The position numbers were made by a program, and so were the translations under genes. From Auanema rhodensis (lineage: Eukaryota; Animalia; Nematoda): a stretch of DNA of 64,000 bases. Where the stretch lies: assembly GCA_964057225.1 (NCBI GenBank), contig OZ059894.1, positions 15,748,001 to 15,812,000 on the forward strand, written 5' to 3'. Under the pieces are notes generated by a model that saw nothing but the letters and a program-made list of their open reading frames with translations, was not told the DNA's origin and did not search any database. Shown piece after piece: positions 1 to 10,841 of the stretch. Positions within the stretch are counted from its first letter, which is position 1. Every line of letters starts with the position of its first letter.

Positions 1-70
1 AGGAATACTATTCGCGTCATGGTATAAACTACAATGGTTTATATTATCGACGCAGGAGCATAACGGAACG
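1..70 (+). mobile_element. 3' terminus of a structured repeat/mobile-element module, truncated by the window start and joined to the tRNA-array spacer
   Basis: The reverse complement (CGTTCCGTTATGCTCCTGCGTCGAT...TAGTATTCC) aligns colinearly with 9347-9442 and 10484-10581. It ends in the same AGCATAACGGAACG and abuts spacer sequence CCAGAAATCT at 71. Confidence 0.7.
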
Positions 71-3000
71 CCAGAAATCTAATTTATCTATTTTTTTATT
101 TTTTGGTACTACCGATTTAGAATTCATCATACACCTCGGTGTATGCCACATTCGAAGCAGCGTGGCGCAGTGGAAGCGTGCTGGGCCCATAACCCAGAGG
201 TCGGTGGATCGAAACCACTCGCTGCTAGTGTTTTACCGATTCCAGAAATCTAATTTATCTATTTTTTTATTTTTTGGTACTACCGATTTAGAATTCATCA
301 TACACCTCGGTGTATGCCACATTCGAAGCAGCGTGACGCAGTGGAAGCGTGCTGGGCCCATAACCCAGAGGTCGGTGGATCGAAACCACTCGCTGCTAGT
401 GTTTTACCGATTCCAGAAATCTAATTTATCTATTTTTTTATTTTTTGGTACTACCGATTTAGAATTCATCATACACCTCGGTGTATGCCACATTCGAAGC
501 AGCGTGGCGCAGTGGAAGCGTGCTGGGCCCATAACCCAGAGGTCGGTGGATCGAAACCACTCGCTGCTAGTGTTTTACCGATTCCAGAAATCTAATTTAT
601 CTATTTTTTTATTTTTTGGTACTACCGATTTAGAATTCATCATACACCTCGGTGTATGCCACATTCGAAGCAGCGTGGCGCAGTGGAAGCGTGCTGGGCC
701 CATAACCCAGAGGTCGGTGGATCGAAACCACTCGCTGCTAGTGTTTTACCGATTCCAGAAATCTAATTTATCTATTTTTTTATTTTTTGGTACTACCGAT
801 TTAGAATTCATCATACACCTCGGTGTATGCCACATTCGAAGCAGCGTGGCGCAGTGGAAGCGTGCTGGGCCCATAACCCAGAGGTCGGTGGATCGAAACC
901 ACTCGCTGCTAGTGTTTTACCGATTCCAGAAATCTAATTTATCTATTTTTTTATTTTTTGGTACTACCGATTTAGAATTCATCATACACCTCGGTGTATG
1001 CCACATTCGAAGCAGCGTGGCGCAGTGGAAGCGTGCTGGGCCCATAACCCAGAGGTCGGTGGATCGAAACCACTCGCTGCTAGTGTTTTACCGATTCCAG
1101 AAATCTAATTTATCTATTTTTTTATTTTTTGGTACTACCGATTTAGAATTCATCATACACCTCGGTGTATGCCACATTCGAAGCAGCGTGGCGCAGTGGA
1201 AGCGTGCTGGGCCCATAACCCAGAGGTCGGTGGATCGAAACCACTCGCTGCTAGTGTTTTACCGATTCCAGAAATCTAATTTATCTATTTTTTTATTTTT
1301 TGGTACTACCGATTTAGAATTCATCATACACCTCGGTGTATGCCACATTCGAAGCAGCGTGGCGCAGTGGAAGCGTGCTGGGCCCATAACCCAGAGGTCG
1401 GTGGATCGAAACCACTCGCTGCTAGTGTTTTACCGATTCCAGAAATCTAATTTATCTATTTTTTTATTTTTTGGTACTACCGATTTAGAATTCATCATAC
1501 ACCTCGGTGTATGCCACATTCGAAGCAGCGTGGCGCAGTGGAAGCGTGCTGGGCCCATAACCCAGAGGTCGGTGGATCGAAACCACTCGCTGCTAGTGTT
1601 TTACCGATTCCAGAAATCTAATTTATCTATTTTTTTATTTTTTGGTACTACCGATTTAGAATTCATCATACACCTCGGTGTATGCCACATTCGAAGCAGC
1701 GTGGCGCAGTGGAAGCGTGCTGGGCCCATAACCCAGAGGTCGGTGGATCGAAACCACTCGCTGCTAGTGTTTTACCGATTCCAGAAATCTAATTTATCTA
1801 TTTTTTTATTTTTTGGTACTACCGATTTAGAATTCATCATACACCTCGGTGTATGCCACATTCGAAGCAGCGTGGCGCAGTGGAAGCGTGCTGGGCCCAT
1901 AACCCAGAGGTCGGTGGATCGAAACCACTCGCTGCTAGTGTTTTACCGATTCCAGAAATCTAATTTATCTATTTTTTTATTTTTTGGTACTACCGATTTA
2001 GAATTCATCATACACCTCGGTGTATGCCACATTCGAAGCAGCGTGGCGCAGTGGAAGCGTGCTGGGCCCATAACCCAGAGGTCGGTGGATCGAAACCACT
2101 CGCTGCTAGTGTTTTACCGATTCCAGAAATCTAATTTATCTATTTTTTTATTTTTTGGTACTACCGATTTAGAATTCATCATACACCTCGGTGTATGCCA
2201 CATTCGAAGCAGCGTGGCGCAGTGGAAGCGTGCTGGGCCCATAACCCAGAGGTCGGTGGATCGAAACCACTCGCTGCTAGTGTTTTACCGATTCCAGAAA
2301 TCTAATTTATCTATTTTTTTATTTTTTGGTACTACCGATTTAGAATTCATCATACACCTCGGTGTATGCCACATTCGAAGCAGCGTGGCGCAGTGGAAGC
2401 GTGCTGGGCCCATAACCCAGAGGTCGGTGGATCGAAACCACTCGCTGCTAGTGTTTTACCGATTCCAGAAATCTAATTTATCTATTTTTTTATTTTTTGG
2501 TACTACCGATTTAGAATTCATCATACACCTCGGTGTATGCCACATTCGAAGCAGCGTGGCGCAGTGGAAGCGTGCTGGGCCCATAACCCAGAGGTCGGTG
2601 GATCGAAACCACTCGCTGCTAGTGTTTTACCGATTCCAGAAATCTAATTTATCTATTTTTTTATTTTTTGGTACTACCGATTTAGAATTCATCATACACC
2701 TCGGTGTATGCCACATTCGAAGCAGCGTGGCGCAGTGGAAGCGTGCTGGGCCCATAACCCAGAGGTCGGTGGATCGAAACCACTCGCTGCTAGTGTTTTA
2801 CCGATTCCAGAAATCTAATTTATCTATTTTTTTATTTTTTGGTACTACCGATTTAGAATTCATCATACACCTCGGTGTATGCCACATTCGAAGCAGCGTG
2901 GCGCAGTGGAAGCGTGCTGGGCCCATAACCCAGAGGTCGGTGGATCGAAACCACTCGCTGCTAGTGTTTTACCGATTCCAGAAATCTAATTTATCTATTT

Positions 3001-6000
3001 TTTTATTTTTTGGTACTACCGATTTAGAATTCATCATACACCTCGGTGTATGCCACATTCGAAGCAGCGTGGCGCAGTGGAAGCGTGCTGGGCCCATAAC
3101 CCAGAGGTCGGTGGATCGAAACCACTCGCTGCTAGTGTTTTACCGATTCCAGAAATCTAATTTATCTATTTTTTTATTTTTTGGTACTACCGATTTAGAA
3201 TTCATCATACACCTCGGTGTATGCCACATTCGAAGCAGCGTGGCGCAGTGGAAGCGTGCTGGGCCCATAACCCAGAGGTCGGTGGATCGAAACCACTCGC
3301 TGCTAGTGTTTTACCGATTCCAGAAATCTAATTTATCTATTTTTTTATTTTTTGGTACTACCGATTTAGAATTCATCATACACCTCGGTGTATGCCACAT
3401 TCGAAGCAGCGTGGCGCAGTGGAAGCGTGCTGGGCCCATAACCCAGAGGTCGGTGGATCGAAACCACTCGCTGCTAGTGTTTTACCGATTCCAGAAATCT
3501 AATTTATCTATTTTTTTATTTTTTGGTACTACCGATTTAGAATTCATCATACACCTCGGTGTATGCCACATTCGAAGCAGCGTGGCGCAGTGGAAGCGTG
3601 CTGGGCCCATAACCCAGAGGTCGGTGGATCGAAACCACTCGCTGCTAGTGTTTTACCGATTCCAGAAATCTAATTTATCTATTTTTTTATTTTTTGGTAC
3701 TACCGATTTAGAATTCATCATACACCTCGGTGTATGCCACATTCGAAGCAGCGTGGCGCAGTGGAAGCGTGCTGGGCCCATAACCCAGAGGTCGGTGGAT
3801 CGAAACCACTCGCTGCTAGTGTTTTACCGATTCCAGAAATCTAATTTATCTATTTTTTTATTTTTTGGTACTACCGATTTAGAATTCATCATACACCTCG
3901 GTGTATGCCACATTCGAAGCAGCGTGGCGCAGTGGAAGCGTGCTGGGCCCATAACCCAGAGGTCGGTGGATCGAAACCACTCGCTGCTAGTGTTTTACCG
4001 ATTCCAGAAATCTAATTTATCTATTTTTTTATTTTTTGGTACTACCGATTTAGAATTCATCATACACCTCGGTGTATGCCACATTCGAAGCAGCGTGGCG
4101 CAGTGGAAGCGTGCTGGGCCCATAACCCAGAGGTCGGTGGATCGAAACCACTCGCTGCTAGTGTTTTACCGATTCCAGAAATCTAATTTATCTATTTTTT
4201 TATTTTTTGGTACTACCGATTTAGAATTCATCATACACCTCGGTGTATGCCACATTCGAAGCAGCGTGGCGCAGTGGAAGCGTGCTGGGCCCATAACCCA
4301 GAGGTCGGTGGATCGAAACCACTCGCTGCTAGAGTTTTACCGATTCCAGAAATCTAATTTATCTATTTTTTTATTTTTTGGTACTACCGATTTAGAGTTC
4401 ATCATACACCTCGGTGTATGCCACATTCGAAGCAGCGTGGCGCAGTGGAAGCGTGCTGGGCCCATAACCCAGAGGTCGGTGGATCGAAACCACTCGCTGC
4501 TAGTGTTTTACCGATTCCAGAAATCTAATTTATCTATTTTTTTATTTTTTGGTACTACCGATTTAGAATTCATCATACACCTCGGTGTATGCCACATTCG
4601 AAGCAGCGTGGCGCAGTGGAAGCGTGCTGGGCCCATAACCCAGAGGTCGGTGGATCGAAACCACTCGCTGCTAGTGTTTTACCGATTCCAGAAATCTAAT
4701 TTATCTGTTTTTTTATTTTTTGGTACTACCGATTTAGAATTCATCATACACCTCGGTGTATGCCACATTTGAAGCAGCGTGGCGCAGTGGAAGCGTGCTG
4801 GGCCCATAACCCAGAGGTCGGTGGATCGAAACCACTCGCTGCTAGTGTTTTACCGATTCCAGAAATCTAATTTATCTATTTTTTTATTTTTTGGTACTAC
4901 CGATTTAGAATTCATCATACACCTCGGTGTATGCCACATTCGAAGCAGCGTGGCGCAGTGGAAGCGTGCTGGGCCCATAACCCAGAGGTCGGTGGATCGA
5001 AACCACTCGCTGCTAGTGTTTTACCGATTCCAGAAATCTAATTTATCTATTTTTTTATTTTTTGGTACTACCGATTTAGAATTCATCATACACCTCGGTG
5101 TATGCCACATTCGAAGCAGCGTGGCGCAGTGGAAGCGTGCTGGGCCCATAACCCAGAGGTCGGTGGATCGAAACCACTCGCTGCTAGTGTTTTACCGATT
5201 CCAGAAATCTAATTTATCTATTTTTTTATTTTTTGGTACTACCGATTTAGAATTCATCATACACCTCGGTGTATGCCACATTCGAAGCAGCGTGGCGCAG
5301 TGGAAGCGTGCTGGGCCCATAACCCAGAGGTCGGTGGATCGAAACCACTCGCTGCTAGTGTTTTACCGATTCCAGAAATCTGATTTATCTATTTTTTTAT
5401 TTTTTGGTACTACCGATTTAGAATTCATCATACACCTCGGTGTATGCCACATTCGAAGCAGCGTGGCGCAGTGGAAGCGTGCTGGGCCCATAACCCAGAG
5501 GTCGGTGGATCGAAACCACTCGCTGCTAGAGTTTTACCGATTCCAGAAATCTAATTTATCTATTTTTTTATTTTTTGGTACTACCGATTTAGAGTTCATC
5601 ATACACCTCGGTGTATGCCACATTCGAAGCAGCGTGGCGCAGTGGAAGCGTGCTGGGCCCATAACCCAGAGGTCGGTGGATCGAAACCACTCGCTGCTAG
5701 TGTTTTACCGATTCCAGAAATCTAATTTATCTATTTTTTTATTTTTTGGTACTACCGATTTAGAATTCATCATACACCTCGGTGTATGCCACATTCGAAG
5801 CAGCGTGGCGCAGTGGAAGCGTGCTGGGCCCATAACCCAGAGGTCGGTGGATCGAAACCACTCGCTGCTAGTGTTTTACCGATTCCAGAAATCTAATTTA
5901 TCTGTTTTTTTATTTTTTGGTACTACCGATTTAGAATTCATCATACACCTCGGTGTATGCCACATTTGAAGCAGCGTGGCGCAGTGGAAGCGTGCTGGGC

Positions 6001-8363
6001 CCATAACCCAGAGGTCGGTGGATCGAAACCACTCGCTGCTAGTGTTTTACCGATTCCAGAAATCTAATTTATCTATTTTTTTATTTTTTGGTACTACCGA
6101 TTTAGAATTCATCATACACCTCGGTGTATGCCACATTCGAAGCAGCGTGGCGCAGTGGAAGCGTGCTGGGCCCATAACCCAGAGGTCGGTGGATCGAAAC
6201 CACTCGCTGCTAGTGTTTTACCGATTCCAGAAATCTAATTTATCTATTTTTTTATTTTTTGGTACTACCGATTTAGAATTCATCATACACCTCGGTGTAT
6301 GCCACATTCGAAGCAGCGTGGCGCAGTGGAAGCGTGCTGGGCCCATAACCCAGAGGTCGGTGGATCGAAACCACTCGCTGCTAGTGTTTTACCGATTCCA
6401 GAAATCTAATTTATCTATTTTTTTATTTTTTGGTACTACCGATTTAGAATTCATCATACACCTCGGTGTATGCCACATTCGAAGCAGCGTGGCGCAGTGG
6501 AAGCGTGCTGGGCCCATAACCCAGAGGTCGGTGGATCGAAACCACTCGCTGCTAGTGTTTTACCGATTCCAGAAATCTAATTTATCTATTTTTTTATTTT
6601 TTGGTACTACCGATTTAGAATTCATCATACACCTCGGTGTATGCCACATTCGAAGCAGCGTGGCGCAGTGGAAGCGTGCTGGGCCCATAACCCAGAGGTC
6701 GGTGGATCGAAACCACTCGCTGCTAGTGTTTTACCGATTCCAGAAATCTAATTTATCTATTTTTTTATTTTTTGGTACTACCGATTTAGAATTCATCATA
6801 CACCTCGGTGTATGCCACATTCGAAGCAGCGTGGCGCAGTGGAAGCGTGCTGGGCCCATAACCCAGAGGTCGGTGGATCGAAACCACTCGCTGCTAGAGT
6901 TTTACCGATTCCAGAAATCTAATTTATCTATTTTTTTATTTTTTGGTACTACCGATTTAGAGTTCATCATACACCTCGGTGTATGCCACATTCGAAGCAG
7001 CGTGGCGCAGTGGAAGCGTGCTGGGCCCATAACCCAGAGGTCGGTGGATCGAAACCACTCGCTGCTAGTGTTTTACCGATTCCAGAAATCTAATTTATCT
7101 GTTTTTTTATTTTTTGGTACTACCGATTTAGAATTCATCATACACCTCGGTGTATGCCACATTTGAAGCAGCGTGGCGCAGTGGAAGCGTGCTGGGCCCA
7201 TAACCCAGAGGTCGGTGGATCGAAACCACTCGCTGCTAGTGTTTTACCGATTCCAGAAATCTAATTTATCTATTTTTTTATTTTTTGGTACTACCGATTT
7301 AGAATTCATCATACACCTCGGTGTATGCCACATTCGAAGCAGCGTGGCGCAGTGGAAGCGTGCTGGGCCCATAACCCAGAGGTCGGTGGATCGAAACCAC
7401 TCGCTGCTAGTGTTTTACCGATTCCAGAAATCTAATTTATCTATTTTTTTATTTTTTGGTACTACCGATTTAGAATTCATCATACACCTCGGTGTATGCC
7501 ACATTCGAAGCAGCGTGGCGCAGTGGAAGCGTGCTGGGCCCATAACCCAGAGGTCGGTGGATCGAAACCACTCGCTGCTAGTGTTTTACCGATTCCAGAA
7601 ATCTAATTTATCTATTTTTTTATTTTTTGGTACTACCGATTTAGAATTCATCATACACCTCGGTGTATGCCACATTCGAAGCAGCGTGGCGCAGTGGAAG
7701 CGTGCTGGGCCCATAACCCAGAGGTCGGTGGATCGAAACCACTCGCTGCTAGTGTTTTACCGATTCCAGAAATCTAATTTATCTATTTTTTTATTTTTTG
7801 GTACTACCGATTTAGAATTCATCATACACCTCGGTGTATGCCACATTCGAAGCAGCGTGGCGCAGTGGAAGCGTGCTGGGCCCATAACCCAGAGGTCGGT
7901 GGATCGAAACCACTCGCTGCTAGTGTTTTACCGATTCCAGAAATCTAATTTATCTATTTTTTTATTTTTTGGTACTACCGATTTAGAATTCATCATACAC
8001 CTCGGTGTATGCCACATTCGAAGCAGCGTGGCGCAGTGGAAGCGTGCTGGGCCCATAACCCAGAGGTCGGTGGATCGAAACCACTCGCTGCTAGTGTTTT
8101 ACCGATTCCAGAAATCTAATTTATCTATTTTTTTATTTTTTGGTACTACCGATTTAGAATTCATCATACACCTCGGTGTATGCCACATTCGAAGCAGCGT
8201 GGCGCAGTGGAAGCGTGCTGGGCCCATAACCCAGAGGTCGGTGGATCGAAACCACTCGCTGCTAGTGTTTTACCGATTCCAGAAATCTAATTTATCTATT
8301 TTTTGATTTTTTGGTTCTACCGATTTAGAATTCATCATACACCTCGGTGTATGCCACATTCGA
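71..8363 (+). tRNA. Homogeneous tandem array of 48 tRNA-iMet genes, 171-bp unit (72-bp gene + 99-bp spacer)
   Basis: Gene starts fall at 156+171k for k=0..47 (checked at 4773, 5970, 7167, 8193). Only a handful of single-base variants are present. Confidence 0.97.
156..227 (+). tRNA. tRNA-iMet(CAT), first copy of the array
   Basis: AGCAGCGTGGCGCAGTGGAAGCGTGCTGGGCCCATAACCCAGAGGTCGGTGGATCGAAACCACTCGCTGCTA. It has A1-T72, three G-C pairs at the anticodon-stem base, a CAT anticodon and a GATCGAAA T-loop (A54/A60), all eukaryotic initiator hallmarks. T4 and T7 Pol III terminators follow. Confidence 0.97.
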
Positions 8364-9346
8364 AGCAGCGTGGCGCAGTGGAAGCGTGCTGGACCCATAA
8401 CAAAGAGGTCGGTGGATAGTGTTTTATCGATTAAAGAAAACTATTTAAATCAATTTTTTTTGATTTTTTGGTTCTACTGGATCAGAATTTATCATACACC
8501 TCGTAGTAGACCACATTCGAAGCAGCGTGGCGCAGTGGAAGCGTGCTGGGCCCATAACCCAGAGGTCGGTGGATCGAAACCACTCGCTGCTAGTGTTTTA
8601 CCGATTCCAGAAATCTAATTTATCTATTTTTTTATTTTTTGGTACTACCGATTTAGAATTCATCATACACCTCGGTGTATGCCACATTCGAAGCAGCGTG
8701 GCGCAGTGGAAGCGTGCTGGGCCCATAACCCAGAGGTCGGTGGATCGAAACCACTCGCTGCTAGTGTTTTACCGATTCCAGAAATCTAATTTATCTATTT
8801 TTTTATTTTTTGGTACTACCGATTTAGAATTCATCATACACCTCGGTGTATACCACATTCAAAGCAGCGTGGCGCAGTGGAAGCGTGCTGGGCCCATAAC
8901 CCAAAGGTCGGTGGAGGTAGGGCTCTTTTTCCATATCTATACCCCCCAATTTTAGCCCCGCCCCTTTTGCCGTCGAGCGCATACTTTTACTACCAGCTTA
9001 CTTCCCTTCCTAAAACGGGGGGTTTGGAGGGGTGCTGGGCCCATAACAAAGAGGTCGGTGGATAGTGTTTTATCGATTAAAGAAAACTATTTAAATCAAT
9101 TTTTTTTGATTTTTTGGTTCTACTGGATCAGAATTTATCATACACCTCGTAGTAGACCACATTCGAAGCAGCGTGGCGCAGTGGAAGCGTGCTGGGCCCA
9201 TAACCCAGAGGTCGGTGGATCGAAACCACTCGCTGCTATTTTTTTACCAATTCCAGAAATCTAATTTATCAATTTTTTGATTTTTGGGTTCTACCGATTT
9301 AGAATTCATCATACACCTCGGTGTATGCCACATTCGAAGCAGCGTG
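8364..9346 (+). tRNA. Mixed tRNA-iMet units: intact copies at 8521, 8692 and 9167; T-arm-deleted pseudogene at 8364; interrupted copies at 8863 and 9338
   Basis: Direct comparison with the consensus unit. Deleted units read GGTGGAT^AGTG, a 17-nt loss of CGAAACCACTCGCTGCT. Confidence 0.9.
8916..9031. other. 116-bp foreign GC-rich insertion inside a tRNA unit
   Basis: The tRNA stops after GGTCGGTGGA (8915) and array sequence resumes at GTGCTGGGCCC (9032). The insert has no similarity to the array and contains a GC box and an inverted repeat. Confidence 0.8.
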
Positions 9347-9442
9347 CGTTCCGTTATGCTACCGCGTCGATCTTACAGACCAATGGAGTCCAAGATGAGC
9401 GTGGTAGTATTCCAGATGTAGCGGTTAAACATGGAGCATAAG
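9347..9442 (-). repeat. Structured ~96-nt module, copy A
   Basis: Direct repeat of 10484-10581, differing by 3 substitutions and one 2-bp indel. Confidence 0.93.
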
Positions 9443-10483
9443 TCGCGTCCGCAATACAAGGTTCGTTAATCAATGCACATCTTGAATGCATAAGATCTTG
9501 AAATTCAAAACTTGAATTCCCGGTGAAAGTTTGACAGTTGGAATAGAATACACAGGATTCAGCAATAGACTTGAGAAGAAGAGTTTTTCCGGAATGCGGT
9601 TGGCGTATAATGAAAAGAGCGTTGACTTTAGGATTTTGCTTGTCTATTATATTATAGACATTATTAACAAAAATTGAAATATCAATATTATTGTGATCCA
9701 TCATACGTTCGAATCATTTCAAGAACTCGTTCACAGATAAAACTGGTGCAGATTCGTAGTAGTCTGAAGGCACAGTTTCTAGCAATGTCATTCAATCTTT
9801 TTTGATCATAGTCGACTTGAACAGTTCTAATAGTTTGTCGGATAATATTGCAAAGTCCTTGTGCACCACCATCTTCCAACCATCTTCTCGTCCGGCCAAT
9901 ATAGATTGCAAGTCGGTTAGTGTTTTGGGCCAGTGCGATGAAAGTGCGAACTGAATCTCTTCCGCGATTCGGCTCTTTCCAGAAATGGCTGTATTCCCCC
10001 AGTCTTTCTTTCTTCGCTTGGATGGGATTTCATCAGCTCTAAATTCGCTCTCTCCATCAGAAGTTGCAATATCGGATCCTCCATCGTCAAGTACAGTCTC
10101 ATTCCTATTTTCTTCTCCTTGCTCATCGGATCCCACATTTGAATTGTTATATTTGTCACATCGGGGGGGGGGGGGGGGGAGTCGTCTTCCAATTGCAAGA
10201 CCTCCACGTGTCTTTCCCCCTTATGTAGATACTCGACGTGGCACTGAAAGCACCGAAGCTTTTTTGTACTGGTTCTTGCTGAATACTAATGTTCTCCAGC
10301 CAATATGCACATAAACTAAAATATTTATTTAAAAAATAACTACACATTTATCAAACAAGAAACATAAGATATCTTCGAATAATTCAAAGTTAAAACGAAA
10401 AATTTCAAAATTGTGTTCCACATTTGGAGGATGAAGAATGAGAAGGAAAACAAATTTGTGATAAGTTCGAGGTGGAACCTCCA
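9443..10483 (-). pseudogene. Endogenous parvovirus/densovirus-like NS1 (Rep, SF3 helicase) fragment
   Basis: One reading frame with stops at 10329-31, 10221-23, 9792-94 and 9714-16 joins NILVYVHIGWR (possible nickase Tyr motif), an acidic/basic linker, KVNALFIIRQPHSGKT (Walker A, GxxxxGKT with G>R) and FEFQDLMHSRCALINEP (Walker B, densovirus-type NEP). The frame is cut off just after Walker B. Confidence 0.85.
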
Positions 10484-10581
10484 CGTTCCGTTATGCTCCC
10501 TCGTCGATCTTACAGACCAATGGAGTCTACAAGATGACCGTGGTAGTATTCCAGATGTAGCGGTTAAACATGGAGCATAAG
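10484..10581 (-). repeat. Structured ~98-nt module, copy B
   Basis: Outer stem TTATGCTCC/GGAGCATAA. Inner hairpin on the minus strand is GTCATCTTGTAGAC-TCCATTG-GTCTGTAAGATCGAC. Confidence 0.93.
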
Positions 10582-10841
10582 GATAAACATAAGACTCGAG
10601 AAAGATTGGTTCATTATATCTACGTGATTACAATAAGATACATATAACTAAGTAAAGGTTAAACTAATAGAGAACAGAGAGAGAACGACCAACCATCCAT
10701 GATCGTCCCTGAGGCAGAGCTGAAGTGTTGTAATATGGAAAAGGGCGGGTCGTCTTCTCTCAGTCTCGCATTCTCTGACTCTAACCTGCCTGCTACAGCT
10801 TCGTCATATGAATGTAATGCATTGATCATCCGAATGGAACT

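Larger units (their letters stand above)
9347..10841 (-). mobile_element. 1495-bp composite insertion in a tRNA-iMet gene, flanked by a 4-bp CGTG duplication
   Basis: Left flank is AGCAG-CGTG (9338-9346). Right flank is CGTG-GCGCAGTGG (from 10842). tRNA nt 6-9 occur on both sides. Confidence 0.88.

Noticed and set aside
162-8306. ORFs of 1536, 396, 396 and 377 aa made of a 57-aa repeat
   Set aside because: Artefact of a 171-bp unit (divisible by 3) with one stop-free frame through tRNA genes. The starts are GTG inside the tRNA, and the frame crosses Pol III terminators.
9714-9794. TGA read as Trp (alternative genetic code) making NS1 intact
   Set aside because: The same frame also has TAA stops, a mutated Walker A and a truncated helicase, so ordinary decay explains it.
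10484-10581. Module as a hammerhead/twister ribozyme, Y RNA/sbRNA or SL RNA
   Set aside because: No CUGANGA/GAAA core, no convincing twister pseudoknots, no GGUCCG/UUGAC stem or oligo-U end, and no SL1 or Sm site. A bulged C alone is insufficient.
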